Shown here in pieces: positions 62,682 to 64,000 of a stretch of DNA of 64,000 nt; position 1 is the first letter of the stretch; every line of letters begins with the position of its first letter. The position numbers were made by a program, and so were the translations under genes. The notes beneath the pieces were generated by a model, which was not told where the DNA came from, ran no database searches, and was given only the letters and a program-made list of their open reading frames with translations. This DNA comes from an uncultured Actinomycetes bacterium (lineage in GTDB: Bacteria; Actinomycetota; Thermoleophilia; Gaiellales; JAICJC01): positions 413,930 to 477,929 of the forward strand of contig CAWCDI010000002.1 in the NCBI GenBank assembly GCA_963794415.1, written 5' to 3'.

Positions 62682-63621
62682 CCGGGATCTTCACCGGGAT
62701 GAAGTGCAGGCAGGCGATCGTCGCCCAGAGCACAACGAGGCCCACTAGCTGCCATCGATCGATGGTGGCGTCGAGGTAGAGATAGTTCACGACCAGCGCG
62801 GTCGCGGGGAACGCCAGCTCGGCGAACGTCGCGACCGGCGCCGGCGTGGTCTTGAGGCCGCGGTAGTAGAGGAGCAGCGCGATCAGCCCGGGGAAGAGCG
62901 CCAGCAGCACCAGCCGCAGCCAGTCGCCGCCCGCGTGCCCGGGCGAGAGCTCGCCCTGGTTTCGCACCAGCACGAGGAACACGAGGAACGGCAGGGCCAG
63001 CACGAACCGCATGCCGGTCACCATGTTGGGATCGAGCTGGCGCAGCGCCCGCCGGCCGAAGGCGGTGGCCGAGCCCCAGAGGGCTGCGGCGATCAGCGTG
63101 AGCAGCACGGCCTTGCCGCGGGCGTCCGACACGGCGTCGGCGGGAGCGAGCCAGCCGAACGACAGCAGGTACGTCCCGATCGTGGCGGGGATGAAGACCG
63201 CGATGATGAGCGGCCGCGGGACCTCGCGCACCACGATCGCGGCGGCGAGGATCGCCCACAGCGGCTGGGTCATCTGCACCAGCACCACGACGTTTGGGTT
63301 GCCGTACTGGAACGCGGTGGTGAAGGCGAGCGTCGCAAGCGCCGAGCCGCCCCACGCGATCGCGACCAGCGAGAGCCATCCCATGCGGTCGAGCCGCTTC
63401 AGCTGGGCGCGGTTTCCGATCACGAAGTAGGCGACGCACAGCACCAGGATGACGTGCTCGTAGAGCACGATGGTCCACGGTGACCACGTATCGACCAGCG
63501 GCTGGCGGAGCGCTCCGTCGGTGCCCCAGAGGGCGGCGCCGGCGGCAACGAGCGCGACGCCTGCGGCGGGGGCGTACCTGAGGGCAAAGCCGGTTCTGGG
63601 GGTTGCTGTGTCGGCGCTCAT
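62629..63621 (-). CDS. EamA/DMT-family transporter
   Basis: 10 hydrophobic helices in two EamA-like halves. ATG 63621. The 3' end overlaps LLM paralog 2 by 53 nt. Confidence 0.85.
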   Translation of the reverse strand: MSADTATPRTGFALRYAPAAGVALVAAGAALWGTDGALRQPLVDTWSPWTIVLYEHVILVLCVAYFVIGNRAQLKRLDRMGWLSLVAIAWGGSALATLAFTTAFQYGNPNVVVLVQMTQPLWAILAAAIVVREVPRPLIIAVFIPATIGTYLLSFGWLAPADAVSDARGKAVLLTLIAAALWGSATAFGRRALRQLDPNMVTGMRFVLALPFLVFLVLVRNQGELSPGHAGGDWLRLVLLALFPGLIALLLYYRGLKTTPAPVATFAELAFPATALVVNYLYLDATIDRWQLVGLVVLWATIACLHFIPVKIPVRKPPASRATQVPSAAG

Positions 63622-63637
63622 GAGATCTCGAGGCGGC

Positions 63638-64000
63638 ATGATACGCATCGTGGACGTGAGACGAATCACCGTGCTCTCCGGAGGGGTCGGCGCAGCCAGG
63701 TTCCTCCAGGGGCTGGTGGACGTCGTGCAGCCCGGCGAGATCACGTCCATCGGCAACGTCGGCGACGACCTCGACCTCTACGGCCTCCACATCTCGCCCG
63801 ATCTCGACACCGTGCTCTACACGCTCACGAGCTGGATCGACGAGGGCAAGGGGTGGGGCGTGCGCGGCGACTCCACCCGCGCGCTCGAGCGTGCCCGTGA
63901 GCTGGGTGCGCCGGCGTGGTTCTGGCTGGGCGACCTCGACATCGGCCTGCACCTGGCCCGCACCGAGCGCCTTACAAACGGCGAGCCGCTGAGCGCTGCG
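63638..64000 (+). CDS. cofD: 2-phospho-L-lactate transferase (F420 biosynthesis), 5' partial; continues out of the window
   Basis: Manual translation gives MIRIVDVRRITVLSGGVGAARFLQGLVDVV...GNVGDDLDLYGLHISPDLDTVLYTL, the characteristic CofD/FbiA N-terminus. The start may be GTG 63656. Confidence 0.85.
   Translation, partial: MIRIVDVRRITVLSGGVGAARFLQGLVDVVQPGEITSIGNVGDDLDLYGLHISPDLDTVLYTLTSWIDEGKGWGVRGDSTRALERARELGAPAWFWLGDLDIGLHLARTERLTNGEPLSAA

Overview
The window is very GC-rich by eye (GC content not computed) and densely packed with chromosomal genes. The gene set points to a high-GC Actinomycetota-type genome: an FhaA/FhaB/PstP/RodA/PbpA/PknB cluster, PdtaS/PdtaR, F420-dependent enzymes plus cofD, and many likely leaderless genes. 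I saw no transposase, integrase, CRISPR array, rRNA gene or recognisable defence system.

Gene content, left to right:
- A suf Fe-S assembly operon in the order sufC-sufB-sufD-amidohydrolase-sufS-sufU-Rieske, followed by a DtxR-family regulator.
- A frameshifted NAD-dependent epimerase, then dcd, gabT and an MFS transporter.
- Two tandem paralogous lipoproteins, a LysA-like decarboxylase and ddl.
- The cell-wall Ser/Thr signalling cluster, headed by a second kinase with a polytopic membrane domain.
- DUF4446, DUF47/PiT phosphate uptake, and a multi-GAF HD-GYP protein followed by pdtaS-pdtaR.
- An ABC-F ATPase, a quinone oxidoreductase and lutABC.
- Two convergent A-family cytochrome c oxidase operons.
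- SPFH/NfeD, RNase D and tRNA-Arg(CCT).
- An amino-acid ABC transporter with DUF1028 and M20 peptidase genes, and a GT87-like membrane protein.
- A GlnA-like/PuuD-like pair, arsC and a MerR-MFS efflux pair.
- An F420 cluster: PPOX, two LLM paralogs and the start of cofD.

Most interesting observations:
1. A low-GC 33-bp palindromic element family sits on or next to stop codons. It is associated with a 158-bp tandem duplication made of gene-tail fragments and with a 5'-disrupted arsC.
2. One oxidase subunit I carries a His-rich two-helix N-terminal extension and a C-terminal USP-like domain with its own internal Shine-Dalgarno sequence and ATG.
3. Oxidase subunit III appears to be split into a 73-aa TM1-2 module and a 5-TM CtaE, encoded tail to tail.
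4. An HD-GYP phosphodiesterase gene lies directly upstream of pdtaS-pdtaR, and pdtaR lacks a canonical start codon.
5. A 280-nt structured non-coding gap lies between two convergent genes.

All calls come from reading the sequence and the ORF track. No database search was run.
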